Shown here in pieces: positions 49,028 to 60,599 of a stretch of DNA of 64,000 nucleotides. A program made the translations under genes and the position numbers. The notes under the pieces are model-generated. The model saw nothing but the letters and a program-made list of their open reading frames with translations. It was not told where the DNA came from and did not search any database. Source of the stretch: Zancudomyces culisetae HAW-14-8 (Eukaryota > Fungi > Kickxellomycota); the NCBI GenBank assembly GCA_052426225.1, contig JBNJNM010000021.1, positions 2,480,001-2,544,000 of the forward strand, written 5' to 3'. Every line of letters starts with the position of its first letter. The first letter of the stretch is position 1.

Positions 49028-51694
49028 ATGCAAAGAGCAGTGGTAAAGGGAGTGCTATCAGGCGATTCTATTGTGGTGCGCTCAGTGGTAGCACGCGAAA
49101 ATCCAGCACAGCCACCAGCAGAGAAAGTCTTTGGGTTGGCATATGTCCAGGTTCCACGACTGGGGTCCGGCAGAAAGGTGGAGGACGACGAGCCCTTTTC
49201 AGTGGAGGCACGAGAGCTGATGCGAAAAATGCTTGTGGGTGTGGTGGTACGGATGGAGGTCAAATACAGTACAAACAGTGGGCGCGAGTATGGAAGAGTA
49301 TTTGTCGAACAAGGAATGGTGGATGTCACCAAAGCGTTGGTGGAGAAAGGGTATGCAAAGGTGAGTGAACAAGCCAGGAGTCGAATAAGCAGGAGTAGTG
49401 GTGGGGGAGATGCTGAAGAGGCAGAGAACGAGTATGTAAAGGAATTGATCAAGATTGAGGCAGAGGCAGAGCGGAAAAAAGAAGGTTTATGGAACGAAAA
49501 GGGCAGATATATCAAACGAGAGATTGGAATAGAAGGAAAAGAAGAAGAATATTTAAAGAAGAATAAGGGGGCAGAAAAGGAGGCGGTGATTGAACAGGTA
49601 CGAGATGGGTCAACATTACGCGTAAATTTAAAAGACGGATACAAATGGCACCTTGTAACGCTGCAGATATCTGGAATTAAGGCACCTGTGGTTCGAGTCA
49701 ACATTCCCGGGCAGACAGATTTGGTGGAGGAGTACGGAGAGGAAGCCAAGGCATTTGTGGATTTGCGGCTGCATCAACGTGATATAAAAGTGGTTCTTGA
49801 GGGCAAGACAGCAGGGGGTAATGGAGTGTTTATAGGCAGTGTGTACCACCCCGCAGGAAATATCGCAGAGGTACTTGTTGCAAGTGGGCTTGCAAAGGTG
49901 GTTGACTGGACAGCGGCAATGGTGACAGGTGGGCCACAGCGGCTGCGTGAGGCTGAACGGGGAGCAAAAAAAAATAAGCGGCGGTTATGGAAGAACTATG
50001 ATGGTCCTGCAGAAGGTGAAGGTACAGCGAACAAGTTTGAGGGAGTAGTGACACGAATAGTGAGTGGTGATACAATCGAAGTGGCTGATGCTGCAGGAAA
50101 GGAGCGAGAGGTTCAATTGGCATCGCTGCGACAGCCAAAGGCATCCGAAGCCAAGACAGCTGGGTATGCAAACGAGGCAAAGGAATACCTACGCAAAAAG
50201 CTGATTGGACAGAAGGTTGAGGTGCGGATTGACTACGCTAAGCCGGCTACTGAGGGATTCAGAGCACGTGAGTGTGCAACAGTTATCCGTGAAGGTCGCA
50301 ATGTCGCTGCATTGTTGCTTAGACGAGGGCTTGGACATGTGATTCGTCACCGCCAGGACGACGAACAGCGATCAAGTGCATACGACGAACTGATGGCGGC
50401 CGAAATGGAGGGTATCGAAAAAAAACAGGGGATACATTCGGGTAAGGAGATGGCAGCCAAAGAACTGCGCGACTCCTCCGAATCAGCGGCACGAGCCAAA
50501 GCAGTCCTGCCACATCTGAAGCGCGGTGGTAAGATTTCAGGAGTGGTAGAGTATGTGTCACAGGGGTCGCGAATGAAGATAGTGCTGCCCAAGGAGCTGA
50601 CCAAAATTACATTTGTCGTGGCAGGAATCAGATGTCCACGAGTTACCAAGGATAAGGACAGCGAGCCGTTTGGTGATGATGCTTTGTTGTTCACACGACG
50701 TCGAGTGATGCAGCGAGACGTTGAAATTGAAATAGAAGCAGTAGACAACACTGGTGCATTTATTGGTATGTTGACATATAATAAAAATAAGAATCTGGGC
50801 ATAGAGCTTTTAGAGGCAGGATTGGCTACTATTCATGAGTACAGCGCGGATGCTTTGAAAAACTCCAATCTTTATTATACAGCAGAAAAAAAGGCTCAGG
50901 CTGCCAAAAGAGGACTATGGAAAACCCAAGTTTCTAACCAACAGGAACAACAACAGCAACAACAGCAACAACAATCACAACAACAGCACAAGTCCCAGCC
51001 AGTCAAAGTTATGGTTTCGGAAGTCGTGTCAGCTGACAATTTCTATGTCCAAATCATCAAGTCGGATTCTACTGTATCTGATCTTGAAGCTCTAATGCAG
51101 AAGCTAACTATAACTCCTCCTTCCGCCACCTCTGCTTCTCAAAAGGCCTTCAAACAAAACGACTTGGTCATCGCAAAATTCCCCTCTGATGACACTTGCT
51201 ACCGCGCTCGCATCAAAAAGGTCATTCCTTCCTCCAAAAATCTTCCTCTGTACGAGTGCCAAGCCATCGACTATGGTCATTGCGAAACTACTTCCATCAT
51301 AGCTGCTTTGCCCCAAAACCTCAACACTTTGCCACCACAGGCTGTTGAAGCCCACCTCTCCTTTGTAAAATCCGCTGTTTCTGATTACAAGGACGATGCC
51401 ACCTCATACTTGATCTCCTTCCTAAACAAGAACTCTGTTATCAACGCCTCTCTAGACCTTTCGCTTCCTACCTCTGTCTATCTAACCTTGTTTAGTTCCC
51501 CAACATCATCATCCCTCTCGTCAAGTTTCAACGCTGCTTTGCTTTCTGCTGGATATGCCGTTGTTGATAATTCTAGTCCTGTCTCCAAACGCAACCCCTC
51601 TGCCATTTCCTCCTTATCACCCCTTGTTGATGCCGCGAGAAAGGCTAGACGTGGTATGTGGGAGTATGGTGATGTCATGCCTGATGATTTCTAA
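49028..51694 (+). CDS. SND1: Tudor staphylococcal nuclease (Tudor-SN/p100)
   Basis: Four SN repeats (VKGVLSGDS, VRDGST, IVSGDT, VEYVSQGSR), a Tudor domain, SN5 and the terminal RRGMWEYGD. Confidence 0.97.
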   Translation: MQRAVVKGVLSGDSIVVRSVVARENPAQPPAEKVFGLAYVQVPRLGSGRKVEDDEPFSVEARELMRKMLVGVVVRMEVKYSTNSGREYGRVFVEQGMVDVTKALVEKGYAKVSEQARSRISRSSGGGDAEEAENEYVKELIKIEAEAERKKEGLWNEKGRYIKREIGIEGKEEEYLKKNKGAEKEAVIEQVRDGSTLRVNLKDGYKWHLVTLQISGIKAPVVRVNIPGQTDLVEEYGEEAKAFVDLRLHQRDIKVVLEGKTAGGNGVFIGSVYHPAGNIAEVLVASGLAKVVDWTAAMVTGGPQRLREAERGAKKNKRRLWKNYDGPAEGEGTANKFEGVVTRIVSGDTIEVADAAGKEREVQLASLRQPKASEAKTAGYANEAKEYLRKKLIGQKVEVRIDYAKPATEGFRARECATVIREGRNVAALLLRRGLGHVIRHRQDDEQRSSAYDELMAAEMEGIEKKQGIHSGKEMAAKELRDSSESAARAKAVLPHLKRGGKISGVVEYVSQGSRMKIVLPKELTKITFVVAGIRCPRVTKDKDSEPFGDDALLFTRRRVMQRDVEIEIEAVDNTGAFIGMLTYNKNKNLGIELLEAGLATIHEYSADALKNSNLYYTAEKKAQAAKRGLWKTQVSNQQEQQQQQQQQQSQQQHKSQPVKVMVSEVVSADNFYVQIIKSDSTVSDLEALMQKLTITPPSATSASQKAFKQNDLVIAKFPSDDTCYRARIKKVIPSSKNLPLYECQAIDYGHCETTSIIAALPQNLNTLPPQAVEAHLSFVKSAVSDYKDDATSYLISFLNKNSVINASLDLSLPTSVYLTLFSSPTSSSLSSSFNAALLSAGYAVVDNSSPVSKRNPSAISSLSPLVDAARKARRGMWEYGDVMPDDF

Positions 51695-51824
51695 TCTTTG
51701 TTTTTATCTTTTATCTCCTGGATCATTTCCCTTAGCTTTTCCATTGCTATTTCTTCTTCTTCATCATCCGATTCAAAACCACCTATTGTGACTTTCTCCA
51801 CTCCCATTTCCACTTCGTCACTAT

Positions 51825-51857
<33 letters not shown>

Positions 51858-53470
51858 TGTTTTCATTTTCATTTTCACTCTCATTCTCATTCTGATCTTC
51901 ACTTTTAATATATTTATTATTAACTTCTAATACTATTTTTTGTCTCTTTTTCTCTATGCTCTCATTCCCTTGCTCTTCTTGATTCTTATACTCATTTTGA
52001 TCCAAATACGGGTATAGATGTGGATACTCGGGTGAATATTCAAGTGGGTATTGGAATGGATACTCATATTGATGCTTATGTTGATGTAAACTTTGCTCCA
52101 CAGTTCTCTCTTCCCCTTCCCCTCCCCCCTCTCCGCCACCACCACCACCATCGCTGTCGCTATCTGATACTGGTGGTGTATACCCAATAATCATTTCCCG
52201 ATACATCATTTGCTCCACCCGTAGCCGCCCTACAATTTCTTGCATTTGTCTCTTACCCTCCTCCATATTTTCTATACACTGATCCAAGTATTTTTGCAAA
52301 TATCCGATTATATCCTCCCGTTTTCTTTTCCTTTTTTTAATTCTCCTCTTTCTCAACACTTTTGATACTTCCAAGCCATGTTTACCTATTTTGCTCCCTT
52401 TCTTACTCACACCCATTGATGTACTTTTTCCCTTCCGCTTTTGTACTCGCGCTTGTATTTGCTCCTTTTGTATTTCTTCGACTCCATCGTGCTGATGTTG
52501 TTCGTTCGTTTCACATTCTAAAGGTTTATCCGTCTCTGTGCTCACACTTATATTTGTACTTGGTAGATATAATCTTGGTTGTACGTTTTCGCTTTCCTTT
52601 TCCTTTTCCTCTTCCCTTTCCCTATTACATTATAATAGTATTCACCGCCTCTTAAACTGTGATCTTTGTTTCTCCTCATTTTCTCCTCCATAAAAGCTTA
52701 AATAAGAGTGTAAAACAAGATGGAAAGAACTTACTCTTCTAGCAAACCATGCAGTGAATTCGTTTTGTAGTACTTTTCCACCCAGTCCAATATTTCGTTG
52801 ATCTCTATTACAGTTATGTATTTATTTACTATGTTAATCATTCTCCCTATAGTAAGGGAAAAGGTGAGAGAGCAAAGGTATTTTTCAATAATAATACAGA
52901 TGCTTGTATTTATTCAGCGTCGCTCCCCCTTTGCCCCCCTCCCCCTCGCATAAATAATTAAATAAAAAAAGTAAAGTGGTTCAAAGCTTCTGAACTATAC
53001 CTCTTTTATCGTATCGCTCTGCCTCTTTCTCTTCTTCTCCTTCCTCTCTGCCGTCGCCTTTGCCTTCATTCTTCGCTCCATCTTCACCTCCGCCTCTTTT
53101 TTCTTCCATTTTTCCCTTTGTCCTCTCTTCGTGTTCAAGTTTCACCACCTGCTTTGTAGATATGTCACTGTCAGATTCGAAATATCCCAGAGTATCATCG
53201 ACAGTTTCTGTATCTCTCAAGTTCACGAAATTCTTCACGTATTCCTCCAATTCGCCCTTTTTCAACCCGTACCCATCCCCTTCGTCCTCACCCTCGATTT
53301 CGCTATCCTGCCCACGTCCTTCAAAGTATTCATCCTTTTCTTCGTCGTTTTCTTCCTCTTTATATATTTTTTAATGTTTATACTTGTTAATACCGTTCCA
53401 ATTCAATGGATATACTGTATACCTTACCTGAAAATAGATACTTTAACTCGTCGTATTCATCGGATTCCAT
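51691..53470 (-). CDS. Acidic low-complexity hypothetical protein (about 466 aa); exons 53470-53428, 53357-53001, 52804-52735, 52621-51691
   Basis: Three GT-AG introns join the two tracked ORFs plus two small exons in consistent phase. E/K-rich with a basic NLS-like RKRRIKKRKRKR; no family recognised. Confidence 0.65.
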
Positions 53471-53780
53471 TTTTGTCTTTTTTCACTTTGTTTTTCTAGT
53501 ACTCGTTTTTTATGTCACTTTCTATTTATTATCCACTGCTTTCCACCCTAAATTACAATTATATTATTACCATGTTCATTTATACGCTCTACTATATTTC
53601 AGTATTTCATTTTGAAATGTTTGTATTGCTTGTGCGGTTTAATTTAAAGTATTTACAATTTATTTACAAATCAATTGATGTCTCCCATTTCTTTTTCATG
53701 TAAAAATATTTATAAACAAAGCTTGGTTTCTAAATTATTTAAAAAAAGTAAAATACTACGCTTCTATAATACTTCAGGAT

Positions 53781-56056
53781 TTAAATCAAAATATCACCCA
53801 AAATCGAAGAGACATTATCTGACAACCCTTTATCTTTTAGTTTATCATTTATTATTGCTTTTATATACTCAACTTGCACTTGCTTTGGTTGTTCTACCTT
53901 TCCTATCCCCCTAGTGCCATCATCACTATTACTATTACTACCACCGTCATCACGTGTATGTGATACATCCTCTGTGTTGACCCTTATCGAAATAACGTTA
54001 CTTGTCTTTGTCACTACAACAGTTGTAGGACTTGCTGGACCCTGGCTCTCACCAGTATCATTAATACTCTTGGCCAAAGCTCGTTGAACATTACTGCCAT
54101 CATCATCATTGCTACTATTGCTATCAGCGGCTATACCCATTCGTGTCTTTCCTATGTTATGCATAATGCTGCTCAGCAAACTGTTATTTGCTTTTAGTAG
54201 GTCCACCACATTGCTTGTAGTGCTCTTTTTGTGTAGTGTCGAAGAGAGTACAACTGCTCGCGATGTTTTTGTTGGTATTACCTTTGTAGTTGTTTTGGTG
54301 GTTATTTTTGTACTTTTATTAATATTGGCTGCACGCATAGATGCCTGCACCACGCTTACGTGCGTACTAGTAAAGAGCGTGAACTCACTTATCATTTTTG
54401 TAAGCGTTATGGATTGAATAACAGGAAGTGCTACGCTTCTGGGCGTTGCCTGTGTGGATTTATTGGTGGTTTTCTTACTGGTAGTTTTTTTTGTCGAGCC
54501 ACTTGTTTTGGATGTTATACTTAGAGCTCTAGACGTTACGTTGGTGTCAGTAGTATCATTAGTGTCAGTAGTATTAGTGGCCTCGGCAGAGGTAGTATCT
54601 GTTGCTTCCAAATTTGGCACAGTGGTGGTTGAAAGTATTGGTTCGCTGACCAGCTCTGCACTAAGCCCAAGCACAAAGGAGCACGAGTTTATTGTGCTAA
54701 TAACTGTGCTAGTGAAATCAACGGTGGTGGTTGTTTCCCCGAGCACGGTTACATATTCAACATTTGGCTCTGATTTTGATTCGCTGGTTGACTCGCTGGC
54801 TGATTCTCCATTTGATTCTTCGGTTGACTCGCTATTTGATTCTCCATTTGATTCTTCAGTTGACTCGCTATTTGATTCTCCATTTGATTCACTGGTTGTA
54901 TCTGTAGCCAATTGATCTATTTAATTGATTATTTTATGTAAAGTTAGCTCTGGAATACTACCAGCACATTCACCACTCTTTTTCTAAGCCATACATTTTA
55001 ATAAAAACCTCAGCTACATTTAAGATGTAAAACAATACAAATGTAAGAGTAAATTTTACCTGACGATTCTGAAGAAAGCTGGCGGTTTTTGGAGTTGTTA
55101 CTCTTGGATAAAGACAGACTTCGATCACCATCTCTACCTCCCCTTTCTGAACCCACAAACACTTGACCTGAATCAGCACCCACTCGCTTTTGCACAAAAT
55201 CAGTATACATACCAAGCCTTGAATAGTAGGCAGCACCAGCCTGCGATTTGCAGTTGGGCTTTGATGAATGCTCTGGGTTGTCACCAAATGCTGAAATTCC
55301 CAGCAAAATATATTTTCCATCGCTATCCTTTGTCACCAGCAATGCACCAGCGTCATTATAGCACGAGTTTCCGGCGTCGGGATAAATCTTTGTACAATAG
55401 TTATCCGATATAGTGCTGTTCTTCTTAGGCCCGGTTATCTCTATCGCGCTGTTTATGTTGCGCTGACAGAACTCTCGGCTTTGCAATTTGGTACCTTTAA
55501 CCACCAATTCAGGTGATGCTACAGGGTTTGCAAGCGTGTTGATATTTTCCCATCCCAAAAGAAGTACCTCGTTTGACGTATCATTTGTACCGTTTGCGTA
55601 TATCCTGAGACTTTCAGTATCGCCATCAAAATCAAGCTTTTTTTCGAGCTTGAGTAATGCTATGTTGTTTGGTGGGTATAGACTTTGATCATTAAAGTTG
55701 GGATATGGCAGGACTTGTGACACTTTTACGTATTGTTGTTTTCTCCTATCAGTACTTCCTACACCTACTCTGAAATTTCTTGGTTTAGTCTTGTACTCAC
55801 CATACTCTACGCATATGGCTGATGTGATAATCCACTGAGGATCAATTATTGCTGCTGCACAGGTTCTAAATTGAGAGCCATCAAGTGAAAGTACCGAGGC
55901 TGCAAATGGAAACTCTCGCTTATTTGCGTTTCTTCCTAGTATTACTCTGTTTACTTTACTTTGCTTGGAATTAAATGTTGTTTTGCTCGGTTGGTATGTA
56001 TAGCATGCTATAATTCTAGCGTATATTAGAGCGAATATTGTAGCTTTAATTTTCAT
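53781..56056 (-). CDS. Secreted trypsin-fold (S1) pseudo-protease with a Ser/Thr-rich C-terminal region (about 710 aa); exons 56056-55060 and 54916-53781
   Basis: Signal peptide, RVILG, EFPFAAS, CAAAIIDPQWIITSAIC, NNIALLKL, LLGW, SCYNDAGA, LLGISAFG, YYSRL. Phase-1 intron 55059-54917. Confidence 0.88.
54775..54892 (-). repeat. About 3 copies of a 36-nt coding repeat (ESNGESNSESTE)
   Basis: gattctccatttgattc occurs three times at 36-nt spacing. Confidence 0.85.
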
Positions 56057-57384
56057 CTTTTTATCATTTACTCTTATTTTTTATCATGCTCCTTTATTGT
56101 TTACGCTTTTTGCCTTTTGCTTTTTGCTTTATTATGGCATAAACAATATTTCAGTTACAAACTTGATAATATATTAACAAAAAAAAAACTCCTAAAAAAA
56201 AGGAAAAGTAAAATTTAGACCTGTGTGCCTGGTTTTTATGGTATATTTTATCAGGTTTATCCGTCGTGGTATGTTATTATAATGCTATAATATCGTGTTA
56301 TTGTTGCTTTAGCTACTCGATTTTAGTATTAACAGGATAAAGTGTGAGGTCTTCAATAATAGGGTGAACATAGTGACTATATCAGGGTCTTTATTACTAT
56401 TCTTTTTTCTATTTTCAACATCAAATGAGAGTAATGTTCAAAGATCAAGAATATCTTTGTGTCATGTACTAGGAACGATTTGTATAGTTCCTGGATCCCT
56501 CTTCACCACTTCCCCCTTTTAGCACTTGAAATTAAAACTGTTTTCAAAAGACAAATCAAATACAATCAATCAGGTAGTTGAGCTTTTTTTTTTTTGCTTT
56601 ATTTTTTGTCATCATATAACACTTTAAGCCTAGACAGTACCAAATTGGCTAATCATCCTTTCATGTTAAAAAAAGGCACGACAAAGTGACATTTCTATTT
56701 GAAGTTCTGATGTCTTTGTTTTTCCCACAACTATCCTTGTCCGTGGTAGGAATCATAGAAAACAAAAATGAGATGATAGCACGCTTTCTCAAAATCTATT
56801 GGTTGAATATATTAAATTCATAATAAGCCTGGACAAAATCAGGAGTACTCTACAATTTTTATATACAGCAACAAAATCTGAGTATTGCAAATAAGCACAA
56901 CTATCGGTGTGTATGTGTGTGGGGGAGGTGGGGGGAGGGGGGATGAAAAAAACAAAAAAACAAATGGAGATTGGTGCAAAGAATGCAAACTTCAATAGGC
57001 ATCCAGTTTATCTGGACTAATCAAGCAGCGCCATTCTCGTAATCCAGAACGTCAAGTCTGAATGAGTAGTATTTTTCATTTAACACTAACGCTATACAGC
57101 TACCTATGTCCAAAGTGCACCGGTATTGTTTTTATCCAACATACCAATATTATTCTTCTTCACTTATTCTCGACATTGTAAAATAAAAAAAACTGTGTAC
57201 ATTGTTTGGAGACGGATATGGACAATCGTTATGTTAAGGTAAAGAATTATTTTTTCACAGTAGGGCTTGTTCAATCTTTTTACTCAACTTGTAAAAAAAA
57301 GAATAATAATCCACCCTTAGTGAATAAGTGAAGACACAAGTGCAAAAAGGAACATTTAGGAATCTTGTTTGCTTTTTTTTTTTC

Positions 57385-57414
57385 GTGTATGTGTATGTGT
57401 ATGTGTATGTGTAT
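57385..57414. repeat. (GTGTAT)5 microsatellite
   Basis: Same unit as the 16.4 kb repeat, in the opposite orientation. Confidence 0.85.
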
Positions 57415-60400
57415 GGATGCATAAAAGCCTGGTACACATTGATGAAAGAATTAAAAGTGGCTAGCCTTTGAAGAAAAAAGGAACTGCCGGCTATTATAAT
57501 GTTTTATAACACAAATGTATTCCGGGTTTTATTTTGGGGGGAGTGTAGCATTTATGAATGTATTCGTGTCTACATAGTAACAATTTAAGGCAAATGACAA
57601 ATGCAAAACACAAGCGTGCATTTCTACCCAACGAGAAAACAGGTGACACTAATATACCTGTGGTGGTGTTCATATTGATTTGTTCTATTTTCCTGTTAAT
57701 AACCGCCCTTTATATTCACTATAACACCAAAAACTGTATTTTTGGGATGGTAAGAAATACAAGTACTTTTTTGTCCTTTTGTCTTTTCTTTTTAGGCAAA
57801 ATGAGTTCCAAGTTTATAACATTAGTCACCAAAGGAAACCTTTTTGGCAAACGAACAGGTTTTGATACAATAAAAATGTTAATATGGTAGTAGTCTTTTG
57901 GATGCGTGGTGTGTAAAACAGTTTAAAAAATAAATAGTACTAGCAAATCAAGGTAGGACAATGTAATATTACCTGAAATCTAAGCGCCTTGCGACACTAT
58001 TTATCTATCTATGATGCAGGTGTGAAGAGTTAAAAAGATAAATTAAACAAAGCATATAAGGACAAAGACACAAAAAATATAATTCAAAAATGATCCGATG
58101 CTTAACAGCTCGTTTTCGCCTAGATAAGAATCCCAACCTCGCGAAAAAAACATTATTAAATATAAAGATACGCATGTTTGTTGAGGAGCGCGTCTCGTAA
58201 TGAAACATGATCCCTCTACAGGTAACTTTTTTTTTTGTCAAACAAGCCACTACAGAATTACCAAAAAGAGATGTTCTTACTATGTTTATTTTTAGCCGGT
58301 ATGCATCGTTTTTACATTTAATTTTTTAGTTTTGGGCATTTATTTTTTAAGCCTATTTTGATACTCGTTTGGAGGAGTTTGGTCTAGAAATATGAGAACC
58401 TTTACAGATAAAAAAAACATTTAAATAGTCTAAAGAAACTTCCACATTGTGATGGATGTAAAACCAAAATACTTTATATATTTCTCAAGTGTTCGGATTT
58501 TACAGGTACGTAAACAATATCAATTGTTTAGTGATAAAATGCAGTGAGTGCTCTTTGTGGTAGATATCACCATAGTTGCTTTTTGAGTGACAATCGCAGT
58601 ATGAGAGACTAATTCATTTTAATTACGCTACTTTTCACTTTGTGGTGGGAGGGGAATAGAAAGAGGAGAAAACTTTCTGATCTTTTTTATTGTATTTTCA
58701 GGAAATGAGGAATGTAAATGTTCTTGTATGTACATGATGTGTTTTTTGATGACCAAAAGGATCTTATACTTTAATTGCATACTCGTGTTTTACAAAACTT
58801 AAATAAGCAAACTTTGATTTAAGGGCGATTTGATGTTGCATTTTACAACAATATTAAGCAAGAAGCCCACCAAAACCATATCAATAAGGTAAACAACGCC
58901 AGTAGCAGAAATATATTTTGTAATTTCAGTTGCTAAACACACATCAGGAAAGGCAGATGAGCCAAAGATCCCAAATCCAAGCTAAGACTATCTGAGTGGA
59001 TTTGTAATGACTCTGGGGGAGGGGGTGTGTGGATATAAAAATAGAAGAAATTAGCAAAAAGTTAATGTAAAAATGCTATTACAAAGTCGGCGGATTTGTA
59101 ATAAACCAAAAAAACATTGAAATTGTAACGAGCTTTTTTTTTAAAAATGCTTGTAACCAAAATGTATAATGCTAGAATTTCTAGAAAAAAAAAATAGAGG
59201 AAATTAGAAAAAAGAAAAAAATGTGGTCATATTATTTGAATGATTGATTCACTAAACTAGATCCATTAAACTTGTGTAATGTTTTGCTTTTTTTTAAAAA
59301 TTGAAGATTGATGTAATTGTATTGGGTCATTGGATATCAATGTTACTACTATTTGTTATCACCACTCTATTTCATTGCGTTTATTTTTTACTTTTATTTT
59401 TTTTTAGCCAAAATATGGGATGTAACAAGTGTTCAGTTGCATTTATACTTGGAGTTGGGTTCAAGAAAGAGCTAAAGTCTCAATATCTTTACACTAATAT
59501 TAATTTTCTTTATTTCACTCCTAGACTTTTATTAGTATATGTACTAAAATTTGTGGTAAAAACAAAAAAAATTATGATAGGACCAAGATAGTCGAACGAA
59601 AACTGGCCTTGTAATAACACACATAAGAGTAAGCGACATAGACTTTGATATTTTTATATATTAGAGTTCTTACTATTTTGCGCTCCAGTTTCTTTACTGT
59701 AGCGCTACTAGCGTTACTCAAGAGGACGAAGAACGTGTTCCTCATAACTCACATATAATGCTCAGTTGTTCTTAATATACCCGAGACAAAAGTCCAAGCA
59801 GAAGGGCTGCTTCAGTGTCTTACGTCCTTTAAATAGCTGAATACCAAAATATGTGTTCTTATTATAGTTGAAGGATTATTTTCAAAGATGTTTTAAAGTA
59901 GGAGGGATGATGTAAGGTTGAGTGGGATGGGAGGAGATCAGATAAAGGGTCTGGTTATTTTTGAACAACCCTTGAGTGTCGCTTGGCCAGTTCCATATAT
60001 TCAACGCCTCGGACACAAACACGTTTCATTCTTTTTTACACCTACTTTTACTATAAAAATCCTAGTTACTTCAATCTTATTACTATATGAACGAGCAAGA
60101 GAGAGAAAATACTACAGTTGGCATATATTTTGAAATTATGCCTAATATAAGCACATGTAGTTTGAATAGGATGGACTTTATGTTGCTAAAAAAGCATACT
60201 AGCGATGATAATTTGTTTTTGTACAAGAATAACACACTAACTCTCCCCTCTCACCCCTCTAATTTGTAAAAATAGACAGAGAAATAACGGCAGTTTTAGT
60301 AAACGAAAAAAAGCACACTTTATTCATCAGAAACAGTAGAAGAAATATAAAGATCTGTGCTGAGTCTTTAAACCAGCGGAACTATTGAGAGGGATTTTGC

Positions 60401-60434
60401 AAACAGCGATACTAAGAGTCAAACGTTAATAAAG

Positions 60435-60524
60435 GTGAGTAAATATCTCTTGTATAAGTATCAATATGTATTATACATATTAAATGTAGCTATTTTTAAT
60501 CTAAATATTTGCTTTTAAATCTAG
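60435..60524 (+). other. Probable 5'-UTR intron of the kinesin gene
   Basis: AAG|GTGAGT ... CTAAA ... TTTTAAATCTAG; 90 nt, ending 75 nt before the ATG. Confidence 0.55.
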
Positions 60525-60599
60525 AATATCCAAGGAGAAAGCAGGAAAGAAAAGAAAAAGCAATCAAAAGTAGTTTTTTTTTGTTTTTCAAAAATTTCG

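Noticed and set aside
56100-60400. Short ORFs in the 4 kb gap between the trypsin-like and kinesin genes (similar gaps at 4.2-6.8, 13.8-17.0 and 42.2-44.4 kb)
   Set aside because: AT-rich, with no family motifs, terminal repeats or phase-consistent exon chain found; treated as regulatory DNA, though tiny spliced genes cannot be excluded.
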